Assembly: GCA_025929365.1 (NCBI GenBank)
Contig: JAICMG010000004.1
Coordinates: forward strand, 1-63,062
Length of the DNA stretch: 63,062 bases
DNA from: Frankiaceae bacterium
GTDB taxonomy: Bacteria > Actinomycetota > Actinomycetes > JAFAQI01
Reading direction: 5' to 3'
Position 1 is the first letter of the stretch, and every line of letters starts with the position of its first letter. This document shows, one piece after another, positions 1 through 12,167 of this stretch. The notes beneath the pieces were generated by a model, which did not search any database, had not been told where the DNA came from, and worked only from the letters and a program-made list of their open reading frames with translations. The position numbers and the translations under genes are program-made.

Positions 1-1181
1 CCCGTGAGTTGCACGGCACGGTCACGAGCCCAGCGCTCGGCGTCCTCCACATCAGCCAGGGTAAGGCGGGATCCTGAAGACGGCGCATGCTCGCCCACCA
101 CCGCCGCGATGGTGTCCACGATGTCCAGATAGCCGATCCGGCCCGCCACGAACGCGGCCACGGCTTCCTCGTTGGCCGCGTTGAAGACGGCCGGAGCCGT
201 TCCACCCCGCTGGCCCGCCTCGCGAGCGAGCCCAACCGCCGGGAACGTCTCGCCGTCGAGCGGCTCGAAGGTCCAGGTCGCGGCCTGCGTCCAGTCGAGC
301 GCAGGCGCCGCGTCGGGGACCCGCTCCGGCCAGGCCAGCGCGAGCGCGATCGGAAGGTGCATGTCGGGCGGGCTCGCGACGGCCACGGTGGTCCCGTCGA
401 CGTAGGTGACCATCGAGTGCACGATCGACTGCGGATGTACGACGACATCGATGGCGTCGAACGGGACGCCGAACAGCCAGTGCGCCTCGATCAGCTCCAG
501 ACCCTTGTTGACCAGCGTCGCGGAGTTGAGCGTGATGACCGGGCCCATGTCCCACGTGGGGTGGGCGAGGGCTTCTGCGCGACTGACGTCGCGCAGGTCG
601 CTGCGAACGCGGCCGCGGAACGGCCCCCCGCTCGCGGTCAGGACGAGCCGCTTGACGTCGCTTGCCTCGCCCGCCCGTAGGCACTGGGCCAGCGCGGAGT
701 GCTCGGAGTCGACCGGCACGATCTGGCCCGGCTTGGCGCGCTCAGCCACCAACGGACCACCGGCGATGAGCGACTCCTTGTTCGCAAGCGCGAGCGTTCG
801 GCCGGCGTCGATGGCCGCCAGCGTCGGCGCGAGGCCGACGGAGCCGGTCATGCCGTTGAGCACGACGTCGCACTGCCACGACGCGATCTCCGCGGCGGCC
901 TGCGGTCCGGCGAGGAGCTTGGGCAGCTCGAAGTCGCCGCGGTCGTAACCGCGCCGCTGTGCCTCGGCGTACAGCGCGAGCTGTACGTCCTCCAGTGCCG
1001 AGGCCTTCGCGATCGCCACCGCCTCGACCCGCAAGTCGATCGCCTGCTCGGCCAGGAGCGCCGCACGGTCGCCGCCGGCGCCAAGCGCCACGACCCGGAA
1101 GCGGTCCGGGTTGCGGCGCACCAGGTCGATCGCCTGCGTCCCGACTGACCCCGTCGAGCCGAGGACGACGACCTCGCGCAT
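1..1181 (-). CDS. dxr: 1-deoxy-D-xylulose 5-phosphate reductoisomerase; the 3' end runs off the window
   Basis: Manual translation from ATG 1181 gives [62 protein letters not shown] and [10 protein letters not shown]. The frame stays open to position 1, so it has no stop and is missing from the ORF track. Confidence 0.9.
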   Translation of the reverse strand, partial: MREVVVLGSTGSVGTQAIDLVRRNPDRFRVVALGAGGDRAALLAEQAIDLRVEAVAIAKASALEDVQLALYAEAQRRGYDRGDFELPKLLAGPQAAAEIASWQCDVVLNGMTGSVGLAPTLAAIDAGRTLALANKESLIAGGPLVAERAKPGQIVPVDSEHSALAQCLRAGEASDVKRLVLTASGGPFRGRVRSDLRDVSRAEALAHPTWDMGPVITLNSATLVNKGLELIEAHWLFGVPFDAIDVVVHPQSIVHSMVTYVDGTTVAVASPPDMHLPIALALAWPERVPDAAPALDWTQAATWTFEPLDGETFPAVGLAREAGQRGGTAPAVFNAANEEAVAAFVAGRIGYLDIVDTIAAVVGEHAPSSGSRLTLADVEDAERWARDRAVQLT

Positions 1182-1183
1182 CG

Positions 1184-1879
1184 TCAGCCGCTGTTGCGGA
1201 ACGTGAGCGTGAAGTTCTCCTCCGCCTGCAGCGCGCTGGCCGTGACGAGCGTCGTCCCGTGTCGTACCCACCAGAAGCGGTGCGGGTGGTTCACTCCGAG
1301 CGGCCGGCTGTCCACGAGGACGTTCGTGACGTGTGTCCTGGTGAAGGGGTCGAGCTTTCCGCTCACCCCGTCGACATTGATGCTGTTGTCGCCGATGAAG
1401 GTCTCGCTGGCGACCTTGCCTGCACCCGAGTGCGTCTTCGACGTACCGGTGGTCGCGTCCTCGATGGTGACCCGAGTCGCCGCGCGCGTGACGCCGACGC
1501 TGACGATGACGACATCGCCGGGCGAGAACGTGATCTCGCCGCTGGCAGGAGCCCGGTCGTTGACGATGAAGACCGACTGGTAGAGCGCCTGGCCGCCCTC
1601 GCAGGCGATGCCGATGCCCGCACCCGACGTCCGGTGGGCACCGGTCCTCAGGTTGACGTTCGAGTAGACCAGGACAGATGGCCCCACCCCACCGGACTTG
1701 TGCTCACACGTGATGGTCGGTACGACGAACGTCGCCGTCACGTGTTTGATGTGCGCGTTGGGCTTCGAGACCTCGTAGCCCGCGAACGTCGTGCTGTGCA
1801 TCGGGGCGGCGAACGAGGCCGAGGTAGTACCCAGCATCGCGGCCGCGGACAACGCGGCAACGAATGCGGACCGCTTCAT
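1184..1879 (-). CDS. Secreted protein with a divergent G1 (eqolisin)/peptidase A4-like layout
   Basis: ORF 1184..1957 trimmed to ATG 1879, which is preceded by GGAGG. Signal peptide [24 protein letters not shown]. The blocks [31 protein letters not shown] and SETFIGD resemble the G1 family, but the WVG(I/L)DG block is absent. Confidence 0.5.
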   Translation of the reverse strand: MKRSAFVAALSAAAMLGTTSASFAAPMHSTTFAGYEVSKPNAHIKHVTATFVVPTITCEHKSGGVGPSVLVYSNVNLRTGAHRTSGAGIGIACEGGQALYQSVFIVNDRAPASGEITFSPGDVVIVSVGVTRAATRVTIEDATTGTSKTHSGAGKVASETFIGDNSINVDGVSGKLDPFTRTHVTNVLVDSRPLGVNHPHRFWWVRHGTTLVTASALQAEENFTLTFRNSG

Positions 1880-1926
1880 GGCAATCCTCCATGTGGTCGT
1901 GGACCGACTCACTGCGGCTGTACCGG

Positions 1927-2961
1927 TTACGACACCGTCGCTGCGAGCTGGCCGCACGCACCGTCGATCTCGCGCCCCCTGGTGTCCCTCACGGTAGTCG
2001 GCACGCCGTAGGAGCGCAGAATCCGCACCATCTCCCGCTCACGCTCCGGGGTCGTCGCCGTCCACGCCGATCCGGGGGTCGGGTTGAGCGGGATCAAGTT
2101 CACATGAGCAAGCCGTCCGGCGAGCAACGAACCGAGCAGATGGGCTCGCTCGGGTTGGTCGTTGACGTCGCGAATCATCGCGTACTCCAACGAGACCCGA
2201 CGGCCCGACGACGAGGCGTACCGCCAGGCCGCGTCGAGAACCTCCGCCACCTTCCATCGCAGGTTGATGGGTACGAGCGTGTCGCGAAGCTCGTCGTCGG
2301 GCGCATGCAGCGAGACCGCCAGCGTCACCTGCAAGCCTTCCGCCGCGAGCTTGTCGATACCCGGAACCAGACCAACCGTCGACACCGTGATGTGGCGCCG
2401 GCCGATCCCCAAGCCGGCCGGGACCGGATCAACCAGGCCGTGCAGAGCGCGGATCAGTGCCGGGTAGTTCGCGAGCGGCTCCCCCATCCCCATGAAGACG
2501 ACGTTGTCGACGACTCCGCGGCCCCCGACCACCACCTGCTCGACGATCTCTGCAGCCGAGAGGTTGCGCGTGAGTCCGGCCTGGCCCGTCGCGCAGAACG
2601 GACAGCCCATCCCGCAACCGGCCTGCGACGACACGCACATCGTGACCCGATCCGGATAGTGCATCAGCACGCTTTCGACCAGCGAGCCGTCGCCGAGCCG
2701 CCAAACGGTCTTGCGGGTCTTGCCCCCGTCGCACTCGATGGTGCGAATGTCCTCGAGAAGCGGAGGCAGGAAGTCCGCGGCCAGCCGGTCGCGGTCGCGG
2801 ACCGGCACGTCGGTCATCGCGCTGAGGTCGCCGTAGTGCGCGAAGTAGTTGCGCGAGAGCTGCTCGGCCCGGTAGGCCGGCTCGCCCGCCTCGACAAGCG
2901 CAGCGCGCCGCTCATCCGGATCCAGGTCGGCCAGGTGACGAGGCGGCTTGTGCGGCCTCAC
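1927..2961 (-). CDS. rlmN: 23S rRNA/tRNA adenine-C2 methyltransferase (radical SAM)
   Basis: 344 aa with radical SAM/Cfr-type motif [19 protein letters not shown]. Conserved position next to cdsA. Confidence 0.9.
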   Translation of the reverse strand: MRPHKPPRHLADLDPDERRAALVEAGEPAYRAEQLSRNYFAHYGDLSAMTDVPVRDRDRLAADFLPPLLEDIRTIECDGGKTRKTVWRLGDGSLVESVLMHYPDRVTMCVSSQAGCGMGCPFCATGQAGLTRNLSAAEIVEQVVVGGRGVVDNVVFMGMGEPLANYPALIRALHGLVDPVPAGLGIGRRHITVSTVGLVPGIDKLAAEGLQVTLAVSLHAPDDELRDTLVPINLRWKVAEVLDAAWRYASSSGRRVSLEYAMIRDVNDQPERAHLLGSLLAGRLAHVNLIPLNPTPGSAWTATTPEREREMVRILRSYGVPTTVRDTRGREIDGACGQLAATVS

Positions 2962-2971
2962 GAGCGCCGCG

Positions 2972-3799
2972 TCACGAGTGCAGCGGCACGAACGCGGCGA
3001 GCAGAGCCCACGCGACCGGCGCGGACGGAAGCAGCGAGTCCAGACGGTCCATCGCCCCGCCGTGCCCCGGCAGCAACGTCCCCATGTCCTTGATGCCGAT
3101 GTCGCGCTTGATCATCGAGACACCAAGATCGCCCAACGTCGCACTGGTGACGAGGGCAAGACCGAACAAGATGCCCTGCCACCAGTACGTGTGCATCACC
3201 GTCAGGCACAGCAGCCAGCCGATGAACGCGCACATCGCCGCTGACCCGACAAGTCCTTCCAGCGACTTCTTCGGACTGATCCGCGGCGCGATCTGGTGCT
3301 TGCCGAACAGCGCGCCCACCGCGTACCCCCCGACATCGCTCGCGACGACCGTCGCGACGAAGCAGGTCATGCGGCGGTCACCGTCGTGGGCTCCCAACAA
3401 GAGGCCGGCGAAGCCGGCAAGGAAGCCTACGAACACCAGGGCGAGGATGCCCGAGGACAAGTCCCTGACCATGCCGTCGATCCCGCGCGGCACGCGCCAC
3501 ACCACGATCAGCGGGATCGTCAGCAGGAAGGCCGTCGTCATGGACTCGCGGCCCACGGCGTAGGAGACGCAGATGATCGCGGTGGACCCGGCGATCAACG
3601 GAACCACGGGCGGGTGCATGTCCTTCGCGCCGACCGCGCGGGCGAACTCGTACATCCCCATCCCGATGGCGAGGACGATCACAGCCAGGAACAGCGGCTT
3701 GTAGAGGAAGACCGTCGAGAAGTACAGGCCGCCCAGGCCGAGACCGACGGCGAGCGCGACAGGAAGGTTGCGACCCGCTCGCCCTGGCGAGTCGCCCAT
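2972..3799 (-). CDS. cdsA: Phosphatidate cytidylyltransferase
   Basis: Polytopic membrane protein with C-terminal signature [33 protein letters not shown] 2972..3964 trimmed to ATG 3799, just downstream of the frr stop. Confidence 0.88.
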   Translation of the reverse strand: MGDSPGRAGRNLPVALAVGLGLGGLYFSTVFLYKPLFLAVIVLAIGMGMYEFARAVGAKDMHPPVVPLIAGSTAIICVSYAVGRESMTTAFLLTIPLIVVWRVPRGIDGMVRDLSSGILALVFVGFLAGFAGLLLGAHDGDRRMTCFVATVVASDVGGYAVGALFGKHQIAPRISPKKSLEGLVGSAAMCAFIGWLLCLTVMHTYWWQGILFGLALVTSATLGDLGVSMIKRDIGIKDMGTLLPGHGGAMDRLDSLLPSAPVAWALLAAFVPLHS

Positions 3800-3806
3800 C
3801 AGCGAC

Positions 3807-4364
3807 TCATACCTCGAGCAGCTCGGCTTCCTTGGACCGCAGAGCTTCGTCGACCTGTTCGACGTAGCCGTGGGTGGTCTTCTCGAGCTCCTTTTCCGCC
3901 CGTGCCGCATCGTCTTCGCCGACCTCGCCGTCCTTGGCGAGCTTGTCGAGGGCTTCCTTCGCATGGCGGCGGATGTTGCGGATCGAGACGCGACCTTCCT
4001 CGGCCTTGTGACGGGCCACCTTGATCATCTCCCGGCGGCGCTCCTCGGTGAGCTGCGGGAAGACGACGCGAATGATGGTGCCGTCGCTCGTCGGGTTGAC
4101 GCCCAGGTCGCTGTCGCGGATCGCCTTCTCGATCGCGCTCAATGAGCCCTTGTCGTACGGCGAGATGATCGCCATCCGTGGCTCGGGCACGTTGAACGAC
4201 GCCAGCTGGTTCACCGGGGTGGGTGTCCCGTAGTAGTCGACGACGATCTTGGAGAACATCTGCGGCGTCGCACGACCCGTGCGGATCGTGGCGAGGTCGT
4301 CGTGGAGAACGGCAACGGCCTTCTCCATCTTCTCCTCGGCCTCGAACATGGTCTCGTCGATCAA
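3807..4364 (-). CDS. frr: Ribosome recycling factor
   Basis: 185 aa with a typical RRF sequence ([27 protein letters not shown]). Confidence 0.95.
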   Translation of the reverse strand: MIDETMFEAEEKMEKAVAVLHDDLATIRTGRATPQMFSKIVVDYYGTPTPVNQLASFNVPEPRMAIISPYDKGSLSAIEKAIRDSDLGVNPTSDGTIIRVVFPQLTEERRREMIKVARHKAEEGRVSIRNIRRHAKEALDKLAKDGEVGEDDAARAEKELEKTTHGYVEQVDEALRSKEAELLEV

Positions 4365-4384
4365 CTTCTCACTCCCGCCCGCCC

Positions 4385-5107
4385 TCAGCCCGCGTCCACG
4401 AGGGTGCCGATCGTCTCACCCTTGACCGCACGCGCGATATTGCCGTCGACCAACAGGTCGAACACGATGATCGGCAGCGAGTTGTCCATGCACAGCGTGA
4501 AGGCGGTCGCATCGGCGACCTTCAGCTCCCGCGCGAGGACCTCGGAGTAGCTGATGTGCTCGAACCGCTTGGCCGCCGGGTTCGTGCGCGGATCGTCGTC
4601 GTACACCCCGTCCACGGCCTTGGCCATCAGCAACACCTCTGCGCCGATCTCCAATGCCCGCTGAGCGGCGGTCGAGTCCGTGGAGAAGAACGGCGCACCA
4701 AGGCCTGCGCCGAAGATCACGACCCGGCCCTTCTCCAGGTGGCGCATCGCTCGCCGGGGAACGTAAGGCTCCGCGACCTGGCCCATGGTGATCGCGGTCT
4801 GTACCCGCGTCTCGACACCCATGCGCTCCAGGAAGTCCTGCAACGCGAGGCAGTTCATGACCGTGCCGAGCATGCCCATGTAGTCGGCCCGGCCGCGATC
4901 CATGCCGCGCTCGGACAGCTGCTGCCCACGGAAGAAGTTGCCGCCGCCGATCACGACGGCTACCTGCACCCCGCTGCTGACCACATCAGCGATCTGGCGC
5001 GCGACGTTCTGCACGACGTCAGGGTCGATCCCTACCGAACCACCGCCGAACATCTCCCCGCCCAGCTTGAGCAGGACACGCCCCCACCGGCCCGGCGAGT
5101 CAGCCAT
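4385..5107 (-). CDS. pyrH: UMP kinase
   Basis: 240 aa with amino-acid-kinase fold motifs ([39 protein letters not shown]). Confidence 0.95.
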   Translation of the reverse strand: MADSPGRWGRVLLKLGGEMFGGGSVGIDPDVVQNVARQIADVVSSGVQVAVVIGGGNFFRGQQLSERGMDRGRADYMGMLGTVMNCLALQDFLERMGVETRVQTAITMGQVAEPYVPRRAMRHLEKGRVVIFGAGLGAPFFSTDSTAAQRALEIGAEVLLMAKAVDGVYDDDPRTNPAAKRFEHISYSEVLARELKVADATAFTLCMDNSLPIIVFDLLVDGNIARAVKGETIGTLVDAG

Positions 5108-5110
5108 GCG

Positions 5111-5926
5111 TCAGGCGCCCACCGCGAACCGGACGAACTTGTTGATCTTCACGCCCGCCTCGTCGAGCACCGCCTGGACTGACTTCTTGTTGTCGCGGAC
5201 GTAGGCCTGGTCGAGCAGCACGTTGTCCTTGTAGAAGCCCATCAAGCGACCTTCAATGATCTTCGGCAACGCCTGTTCCGGCTTGCCCTCTTCGCGCGCG
5301 GTCGCCTCGGCGATCCGGCGCTCGTTGGCCACCGTCTCCTCGGGCACGTCGTCGCGGCTCAGATAGGGAGGGTTGTAGGTCGCGATCTGCATCGCGACGC
5401 CGCGCGCAGTCTCGGCGTCGTCCCCCTCGAACTGGACGAGCACGCCGATCTGCGGCGGCAGGTCGGTCGCGCGCTTGTGCAGGTAGGTCGTCGTCTTGCC
5501 GTCGAAGTACGCAACCTGGCCGAGGGCGATCTTCTCGCCGATGACCGCGGCGCTGGCCTCGACCGCCTCCGCGACGGTCCGGCCGTCGGCGAGCTTCGCC
5601 GCTGCGAGCGCCTCGGCGTCCGCCGGCTTGATACTCGCGGCGAGCGCGACGATGTCGGCGGCGAGGGTCTGGAACTCATCGTTCTTCGCGACGAAGTCGG
5701 ACTCGCTCGCGAGCTCGATCATCGCGCCCTCGGCGGCGGCGACCAGGCCGTTCGTCGCCTCCCGCTCTCCGCTGCGCTTGGCGGCCTTGGCGGCACCCTT
5801 CACGCGAAGGATCTCCACCGCCTTGTCGAAGTCGCCGTCTGCCTCTTCCAACGCCTTCTTGCAGTCCATCATCCCCGCGCCGGTCGCGTCGCGGAGCTTC
5901 TTCACGTCAGCAGCGCTGACAGCCAT
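5111..5926 (-). CDS. tsf: Translation elongation factor Ts
   Basis: 271 aa with an N-terminal UBA-like block ([21 protein letters not shown]). Start overlaps the rpsB stop by 1 nt. Confidence 0.95.
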   Translation of the reverse strand: MAVSAADVKKLRDATGAGMMDCKKALEEADGDFDKAVEILRVKGAAKAAKRSGEREATNGLVAAAEGAMIELASESDFVAKNDEFQTLAADIVALAASIKPADAEALAAAKLADGRTVAEAVEASAAVIGEKIALGQVAYFDGKTTTYLHKRATDLPPQIGVLVQFEGDDAETARGVAMQIATYNPPYLSRDDVPEETVANERRIAEATAREEGKPEQALPKIIEGRLMGFYKDNVLLDQAYVRDNKKSVQAVLDEAGVKINKFVRFAVGA

Positions 5927-6777
5927 CAGTTGTCACTCGCTTCCGAAGAGGTGGTCTCGCCAGCCGGTGCAGGCGCCGCTGCGGCTTCGGCGGCCGCGCC
6001 GCCCTCGAGCAGCTCGCGCTCCCAGTCGGCAAGCGGCTCGTCCGCGCCGAGCTGACCCGGCTCCGGCGTCTCGTCGGTCTCGGCAGCGCCGGCCCGGGCG
6101 ATCAGGCCCTCGGCCACGGCGTCCGCGATCACCCGGGTGAGGGTGGCGACGGAGCGGATGGCGTCGTCGTTGCCCGGGATCGGGTAGTCGACGACGTCCG
6201 GGTCGCAGTTGCTGTCGAGGATCGCGACAACCGGAATGCCCAGCTTGTGGGCCTCGGCGACGGCGATGTGCTCCTTGTTGGTGTCGACCACCCAGATCGC
6301 GCTCGGCACCTTGGCCATGTCGCGGATGCCCCCGAGAGTGCGTGCCAGCTTCTCCCGCTCTCGCGAGAGCACGAGGGCTTCCTTCTTGGTCGTGACGTTC
6401 ACACCGCCCGTGGCCTCGATGGCTTCGAGCTCCTTGAGGCGCTGGAGCCGCTTGTGCACCGTCTGGAAGTTGGTGAGCATGCCGCCGAGCCAGCGCTGGT
6501 TGACGTAGGGCATGCCGACGCGGGTCGCCTGCTCGGCGATCGCGTCCTGCGCCTGCTTCTTGGTGCCGACGAACAGCACCGAGCCGCCGTGGGCGACGGT
6601 CTGCTTGACGAAGTCGTACGCGCGGTCGATGTAGGACAGCGACTGCTGCAGGTCGATGATGTAGATGCCGTTGCGCTCGGTGAAGATGAAGCGCTTCATC
6701 TTCGGGTTCCAGCGACGGGTCTGATGCCCGAAGTGGACGCCGCTTTCGAGCAGCTGGCGCATCGTGACGACGGCCAT
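5926..6777 (-). CDS. rpsB: 30S ribosomal protein S2, with an acidic Ala/Glu-rich C-terminal tail
   Basis: [31 protein letters not shown] trimmed to ATG 6777, which is preceded by AGAGGAG. Confidence 0.93.
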   Translation of the reverse strand: MAVVTMRQLLESGVHFGHQTRRWNPKMKRFIFTERNGIYIIDLQQSLSYIDRAYDFVKQTVAHGGSVLFVGTKKQAQDAIAEQATRVGMPYVNQRWLGGMLTNFQTVHKRLQRLKELEAIEATGGVNVTTKKEALVLSREREKLARTLGGIRDMAKVPSAIWVVDTNKEHIAVAEAHKLGIPVVAILDSNCDPDVVDYPIPGNDDAIRSVATLTRVIADAVAEGLIARAGAAETDETPEPGQLGADEPLADWERELLEGGAAAEAAAAPAPAGETTSSEASDN

Positions 6778-7020
6778 GGGTTGTGCTCCTCTCGTGGCGC
6801 CCACTCTGCACACTTGCGGGCAGAGCGCGACCACTCGGTTTGTTCACCGTGGCCGGGCGGCCACCGTGCCTGACGCCGTCGACGCACCGCACCCCTGTGT
6901 TGACTCAACCTGCGTCGAGCCAAACAAGGGACCGTACGGCGCGCCCCGCCCTCGAAGTTCCAGGCGGACTGACGACGTGCGAAGTCGGATCGGTCTCCCG
7001 AACCGCTGCGACGAGTCTAC

Positions 7021-7572
7021 GTGTGGCCGTCCACAGGCGCGAAATCCGCGCTTGGGCCCAGTCCGGGCGCGCCGCAACATCGCGGGGTGATTCGCGCCCT
7101 CGTCGGCTTCGCCGCCTCGCTGTCCTTGCTCGCTCCGGCGCCGTCGGCCCCGCCACCCCCGGCTCGGGCGGCGAGCTCGCCGCTCACGGCCTACGGCTGG
7201 CCGCTGCTGCCGGGACCCGACCGGATCGTGCGGGACTTCGACCCGCCCGCCCAACCGTGGCTGGCCGGAAACCGCGGCCTGGACCTCGCCGGCCGGGGCG
7301 GCGAGGCGGTCCACGCCGCCAACTCCGGCATCGTCACCTTCGCCGGGCCGGTCGGCGGGGTCGGCGCCGTCGCGGTGACGTTCGGTGCGCTGCGGACCAC
7401 CTATGAACCCCTCACGCCGACGGTTCGGCGCGGCCAGCAGGTGCGGGTCGGCCAGCTGATCGGACGGCTCGACACCTCGGTGCTGCACTGGGGCCTGTTG
7501 CGCGGGACCGACTACCTCGATCCGCTTGCCCTGCTGGGACTCGAGCGGGTCCGGCTCCTGCCGCTCGCCTAG
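7021..7572 (+). CDS. M23 family metallopeptidase (secreted); the likely real start is GTG 7087
   Basis: C-terminal LytM/M23 block (NRGLDLAG...VHAANSGIVTFAG...LHWGL). Signal-like VIRALVGFAASLSLLAPAPSA begins at the in-frame GTG 7087. Confidence 0.75.
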   Translation: MWPSTGAKSALGPSPGAPQHRGVIRALVGFAASLSLLAPAPSAPPPPARAASSPLTAYGWPLLPGPDRIVRDFDPPAQPWLAGNRGLDLAGRGGEAVHAANSGIVTFAGPVGGVGAVAVTFGALRTTYEPLTPTVRRGQQVRVGQLIGRLDTSVLHWGLLRGTDYLDPLALLGLERVRLLPLA

Positions 7573-7604
7573 CGCTCACTCGCTGGAAGGAGCCGGGCCG
7601 TTGG

Positions 7605-8441
7605 CTAGTCCTTCGGCTCGGCGAGCTTGCCGCGCAGCTGCAGGACGGCCTTGGTGTGCATCTGGCAGATGCGGCTCTCGGTCACGCCCAGCACCTGGCC
7701 GATCTCGGCAAGGGTGAGGCCCTCGTAGTAGTAGAGGGTGACGACGATCTTCTCGCGCTCGGGCAGCGTGTTGATCGCGCGCGCGAGCAGATACTTGGTC
7801 TCCTCGGTCTCGAACGCCGCGACCGGGTCCTCGGCCTTCGTGTCCTCGAGGGTGTCGACGAGTGAGAGCTTGTCGCCCCGCTCCCCCCCGACGTTGAGCA
7901 GCTCATCGAGGGCGATGACATTGACGAACGACACCTGGGAAAAGATCGCGTGCAGCTCTTCGAGCTGGATGCCGAGCTCGGCCGCAACCTCGGCCTCACT
8001 GGGCGTGCGGTGCAGCCGCGATTCCAGCGCGGCGTAGGCCTTTTCGACCTCGCGCGCCTTGTAGCGCACCGATCGCGGGATCCAGTCGATCGCGCGAAGC
8101 TCGTCGATGATCGCGCCCTTGATGCGACTGATCGCGTAGGTCTCGAACTTGATCGCACGACTCACGTCGAACTTCTCGATCGCGTCGATGAGGCCGAAGA
8201 TGCCGTAGGAGACCAGGTCGGCCTGTTCGATGTTCGGCGGCAGGCCCACCCCGACCCGGCCGGCGACGTACTTCACCAGCGGGGAGTAGTGCAGGATCAG
8301 CCGCTCCCGCAGCGACTGATCGCCGCTGTCCTTGAACGACCGCCACAGCTCACCGATCGCCGCATCGACGGTCGAGGCGACGGCTCTCGACTCGTCTTCC
8401 TCAAGCGCGACTCGGTCACGCTCGGGGGTGCGCGGACTCAT
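7605..8441 (-). CDS. whiG: FliA/WhiG-family RNA polymerase sigma factor
   Basis: Sigma-70 regions 2-4 are present ([16 protein letters not shown]; [28 protein letters not shown]). The position near rpsB-tsf matches Streptomyces whiG. The ATG lies 26 nt inside the xerC 3' end. Confidence 0.8.
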   Translation of the reverse strand: MSPRTPERDRVALEEDESRAVASTVDAAIGELWRSFKDSGDQSLRERLILHYSPLVKYVAGRVGVGLPPNIEQADLVSYGIFGLIDAIEKFDVSRAIKFETYAISRIKGAIIDELRAIDWIPRSVRYKAREVEKAYAALESRLHRTPSEAEVAAELGIQLEELHAIFSQVSFVNVIALDELLNVGGERGDKLSLVDTLEDTKAEDPVAAFETEETKYLLARAINTLPEREKIVVTLYYYEGLTLAEIGQVLGVTESRICQMHTKAVLQLRGKLAEPKD

Positions 8442-9351
8442 ATGTTGCTCTCAGCCGCTCGACGGACACATGGGTATAGATCTGAGTGGTTGCGAGCGTA
8501 GCGTGGCCCAGCAGCTCCTGAACGCTTCGCAAGTCCGCGCCCCCCTCCAGCAGGTGGGTCGCCATGGTGTGGCGCAGGCCATGTGGGCCGAGGTCGCCGA
8601 TGCCGGGGACCGCCGCCAGCCGCTCATGGACCACCTTTCGTGCCGCTCTCGGGTCGAGCCGCCCGCCGCGCGCCCCGAGCAGGAGCGCCGGCGGACTGTC
8701 GGCGACCGCCAGCAGTGGCCGGCCACGCGCCAGCCAGTCGGCGGTTGCCCGGGCGGCAGGTACCCCGAGCGGGACGACGCGCTCCTTGGCTCCTTTCCCG
8801 AACAGGCGGACGGTACGCCGTTCCCGGTCCAGGTCATCGACGTCGAGGCCGCACAGCTCACTGACCCGCGCGCCCGTGGCATACAGCAGCTCGACGACGG
8901 CGGCGTCCCGCAGCCCGGTCGGACTCGCATCCCTGCCGGCCGCGGCCATCACCGCCGCCGCCTGGTCGACGCGCAACACCTCGGGCAGCTTGCGCAGCGC
9001 GCGAGGCGTCGCCAGCTTGGCGCCGGCATCGGTGTCGGCAAGCCCGTCGCGGACCGCCCACGCGGTGAACATCCGGGCCGACGACGCCCTTCGGGCCAAC
9101 GTTGCACGGCTCTTGCCCAAGGTGTGAAGCTGCGCCAGCCACGAGCGAAGCACGCCGATGTCGATCTCGGCGACGGTTGACCGTCGCATCCGCACGGCGT
9201 GGCCCAACAGACCGTCTAGGTCGTTGGCGTAGGCACGCACCGAGTGCGGCGAAAGCCCGCGTTCGAACGTCAGGTGCTCGAGGTAGCGGACCCGGGCGTC
9301 GGCGAGCTCGGCGGGCAGCTCTCGTCCCGCCTCGCCCGCTTCATTCGCCAC
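8416..9351 (-). CDS. xerC: Tyrosine site-specific recombinase XerC
   Basis: 311 aa with catalytic blocks ATGARVSEL and [39 protein letters not shown]. Confidence 0.85.
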   Translation of the reverse strand: MANEAGEAGRELPAELADARVRYLEHLTFERGLSPHSVRAYANDLDGLLGHAVRMRRSTVAEIDIGVLRSWLAQLHTLGKSRATLARRASSARMFTAWAVRDGLADTDAGAKLATPRALRKLPEVLRVDQAAAVMAAAGRDASPTGLRDAAVVELLYATGARVSELCGLDVDDLDRERRTVRLFGKGAKERVVPLGVPAARATADWLARGRPLLAVADSPPALLLGARGGRLDPRAARKVVHERLAAVPGIGDLGPHGLRHTMATHLLEGGADLRSVQELLGHATLATTQIYTHVSVERLRATYESAHPRA

Positions 9352-9444
9352 ACCCTCACGCTCGACGTGGACGTCGGCAGCGTCAAGTCGCCACGCTGCT
9401 TCGCGACGCCAGGGCGCCGCGCCACGCAGCGGCAGGTGCCCCGC

Positions 9445-10620
9445 CTACCACCAGCCGAGCGGAAGCTCCTCCACGGCGGAGCCGCCGCCGCGCCGCTCGG
9501 CGCGGCCTTCCTTGCTCATGCACCATCCGCCGTCGCGCGACTCGACCAGGCCGGCGGCCTCGAGCGCGGCGAGCGCTGCCCGCATCGCATCGGGCCGCAT
9601 GCCGGCCGTGACGGCGATGCGTTCGACTGCGACCGGTCGCATCACGGGGACCACCTCGAAGGCCTTGCTCACCGCGGGGCCCAGCAGGTCGCGCCGGCGT
9701 ACCGGACCGCTCACCCGTTCGGCGAAGTCCCCGACCGCGCCGACCTGCTCGATCACCTCGTCGACCTTGGTTACCAGCACTGCGTCCGGTCGATCGCGGA
9801 GCAGCTGATGGCAGCCTGCCGACAGGATCGAGCTGACCGGCCCCGGCACCGCCATGACATGGCGGTAGAGCTCAGCGGCATGCCGCGCCGTCGACCTCGC
9901 GCCGCTGCGCGGCGCAGCCTCCACGACAACCGTCCCCGCCGACAGCGCCGCGATCAAACGGTTGCGCACGAGGAACCGCGCCCGATGGGGCGCCGAACCA
10001 GGCGGTTGTTCGCTCACGACGGCGCCCGCCTGCTGGATGCGCTCGTAGAGCGACCGGTTCGCGACGGGATACGCCACGTCAACCCCGCACGCGAGCACGC
10101 CGATCGTCTGCCCGCCCGCGGCAAGTGCGCCGCGATGTGCAGCCGCATCGATGCCGAGCGCGAGCCCCGACACGATGGTCCAGCCGCGCTCGGCGAGCCC
10201 GCTGGCAAGCTCCGCGGCGAGGGAGGCGCCGTAGTCGGTCGCGGCGCGAGTGCCGACCAGCGCGACGGCCCGTTCACACATGTCGCCCAGCCGCGATGTG
10301 CCTCTGACCCACAGGGCGAGACAGCCGGCGTCGACCCGCTCGAGGTCGTCGAGTGCGATGGGCCACTCGTCGTCGCCCGGGCAGACCAGGCGCGCGCCGA
10401 GCCTCGCTGCCAGCTCGAGCTCCCGATCGCCGGGAACATCGAGCAGCCGCGTCGCGAGCGTCTCGACATCCAGACCCGCGATCGGCGCGTGACGACGGAT
10501 GTCCGCCACCGCCTGCGCCGGGCCCACGAGGCGAACGTGACGCAACAACGCGCCTGTTCCTGGTTCCGCGGCGCGCAGCAGCTGCGCGCGCGCCGCGCGT
10601 TCGGCATCGCTCACCGTCAT
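9445..10620 (-). CDS. dprA: DNA processing protein DprA/Smf
   Basis: 391 aa with a DprA Rossmann-like core (SGLALGIDAAAHRGAL, VVEAAPRSGARSTA). Conserved xerC-dprA-comM order. Confidence 0.85.
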   Translation of the reverse strand: MTVSDAERAARAQLLRAAEPGTGALLRHVRLVGPAQAVADIRRHAPIAGLDVETLATRLLDVPGDRELELAARLGARLVCPGDDEWPIALDDLERVDAGCLALWVRGTSRLGDMCERAVALVGTRAATDYGASLAAELASGLAERGWTIVSGLALGIDAAAHRGALAAGGQTIGVLACGVDVAYPVANRSLYERIQQAGAVVSEQPPGSAPHRARFLVRNRLIAALSAGTVVVEAAPRSGARSTARHAAELYRHVMAVPGPVSSILSAGCHQLLRDRPDAVLVTKVDEVIEQVGAVGDFAERVSGPVRRRDLLGPAVSKAFEVVPVMRPVAVERIAVTAGMRPDAMRAALAALEAAGLVESRDGGWCMSKEGRAERRGGGSAVEELPLGWW

Positions 10621-12167
10621 GCGGACCTCGCCAGTTCCGCGGTCGAGCCGAACACCCGGAGTGCGCGGGCCTGCTCGACGTCATCCCGGCTCGGTACCTC
10701 GCGACCGGCAAGATCGGCGAGCGTCCACGCGACCTTCATCACCCGGTCGACACCACGCGTGGACAACCGCTGCAGGTCCAGATCGGCGGACAACGTCACC
10801 AACGCCTCGCCCGGAATCGGCCAGCGCCGACGCAGGTCCGGGCCGGGCACCTCCGCGTTCGTCGACCACGGGGTCCCCGTCAGTCGACGCGCCGCTCGAT
10901 CGCGGGCTTGCAGCACCCGCTCCCGCACGGCCGCTGTCGGCTCCCCACTCGCACCAGCGGCGAGAACGGCGCGACTCACGGGCGCCAACCGGGCGCGCAG
11001 GTCGATGCGATCGAGAAGCGGTCCGGACAGCCGGTTCTGGTAGGTCCGCAGCTGCGGCGCGCTGCAGCGGCAGGACGCCGCATCGCTGGATCGTCCGCCT
11101 CGTGCGCACGGACATGGATTGGCCGCCAGCACGAGCTGGAACCTGGCCGGATAGGTAGCCGTTCCGGCGGCGCGATGGATGGTGACGATCCCGGACTCGA
11201 GTGGCTGCCGGAGGGCATCAAGCGCGCGGCGTTCGAACTCCGGCGCCTCGTCCAAGAAGAGGACGCCGCGATGGGCGAGGCTGATGGTTCCGGGCGCCGG
11301 AACACCGCTGCCGCCACCGACGAGTGAGGCCACCGTCGCCGAATGGTGCGGCGCACAGAACGGCGGCCGGCGTAGCAGTGGGCGCCCCGGTGCAAGGCGT
11401 CCGAGCAGTGAGTGGATCGACGTCACCTCGAGGGCCTCGTCTCCCTCGAGGTCCGGCAGCAAGCCCGGCAACCGCTCGGCGAGCATCGTCTTACCGACTC
11501 CCGGTGGTCCCGTGAGGAGGACGTGATGCCCACCCGCAGCGGCAACCTCAATCGCGTGGCGCGCCTCGTCCTGTCCCACGACATCGGCCAGATCGAGCGT
11601 GGTCTCCTCGACGACAGGCACGGCGGGCACGTCGCCGGTGTGCCCGCCGTCCTCTCCGCGCAACAACGCACACAGCTCGGCGAGTGAGTCGACCGGCAGC
11701 ACCTCCGCACCCGGGACGAGCGCTGCCTCCGCCGCGTTGCGTCGCGGAACAACGATCCGGCTATGGCCGAGCCTCACCGCACCGATCACGGCGGGTAGCA
11801 CGCCGGTGATCGCGTGGACGCGCCCGTCGAGACCCAGTTCGCCCAACACGACGAGGTCGCGAACGGCGTCGCGATCGAGCTTGTTCTGCGCGGCAAGCAC
11901 GGCAACCGCTACCGCGAGGTCGAAGTGGCTTCCGCTCTTGCGAACCGACGCCGGAAACAGACCGACGACGATCTTGTGAGGTGGCCACTCCTCGCCGGCG
12001 CTCTCGATGGCGGACCGAACCCGGTCGGCGGACTCGCGCACGGCCGTGTCCGCCAGCCCCGTCCAGGCCGGATTGCCGGGCAGCCGCCCACCGATGTTGA
12101 CCTCAACCGTGACGACGTGCGCGACCAGACCACTCAGCACGATCGACCGCGTGCAGCCGAGCGCCAT
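10617..12167 (-). CDS. comM: YifB/ComM family Mg-chelatase-like ATPase
   Basis: Walker A LLTGPPGVGKTMLA and Walker B GVLFLDEAPEF, with a Lon-protease-like N-domain. ORF trimmed to ATG 12167, which overlaps the yraN stop (TGATG). Confidence 0.85.
   Translation of the reverse strand: MALGCTRSIVLSGLVAHVVTVEVNIGGRLPGNPAWTGLADTAVRESADRVRSAIESAGEEWPPHKIVVGLFPASVRKSGSHFDLAVAVAVLAAQNKLDRDAVRDLVVLGELGLDGRVHAITGVLPAVIGAVRLGHSRIVVPRRNAAEAALVPGAEVLPVDSLAELCALLRGEDGGHTGDVPAVPVVEETTLDLADVVGQDEARHAIEVAAAGGHHVLLTGPPGVGKTMLAERLPGLLPDLEGDEALEVTSIHSLLGRLAPGRPLLRRPPFCAPHHSATVASLVGGGSGVPAPGTISLAHRGVLFLDEAPEFERRALDALRQPLESGIVTIHRAAGTATYPARFQLVLAANPCPCARGGRSSDAASCRCSAPQLRTYQNRLSGPLLDRIDLRARLAPVSRAVLAAGASGEPTAAVRERVLQARDRAARRLTGTPWSTNAEVPGPDLRRRWPIPGEALVTLSADLDLQRLSTRGVDRVMKVAWTLADLAGREVPSRDDVEQARALRVFGSTAELARSA

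Noticed and set aside
7573-7604. Similarity of gccgggccgttggctag to part of the 19.2-kb repeat locus (ctagccaaccgggccg).
   Set aside because: It is a short, imperfect match with no palindrome or hairpin core, and it overlaps stop-codon contexts. This is most likely chance.
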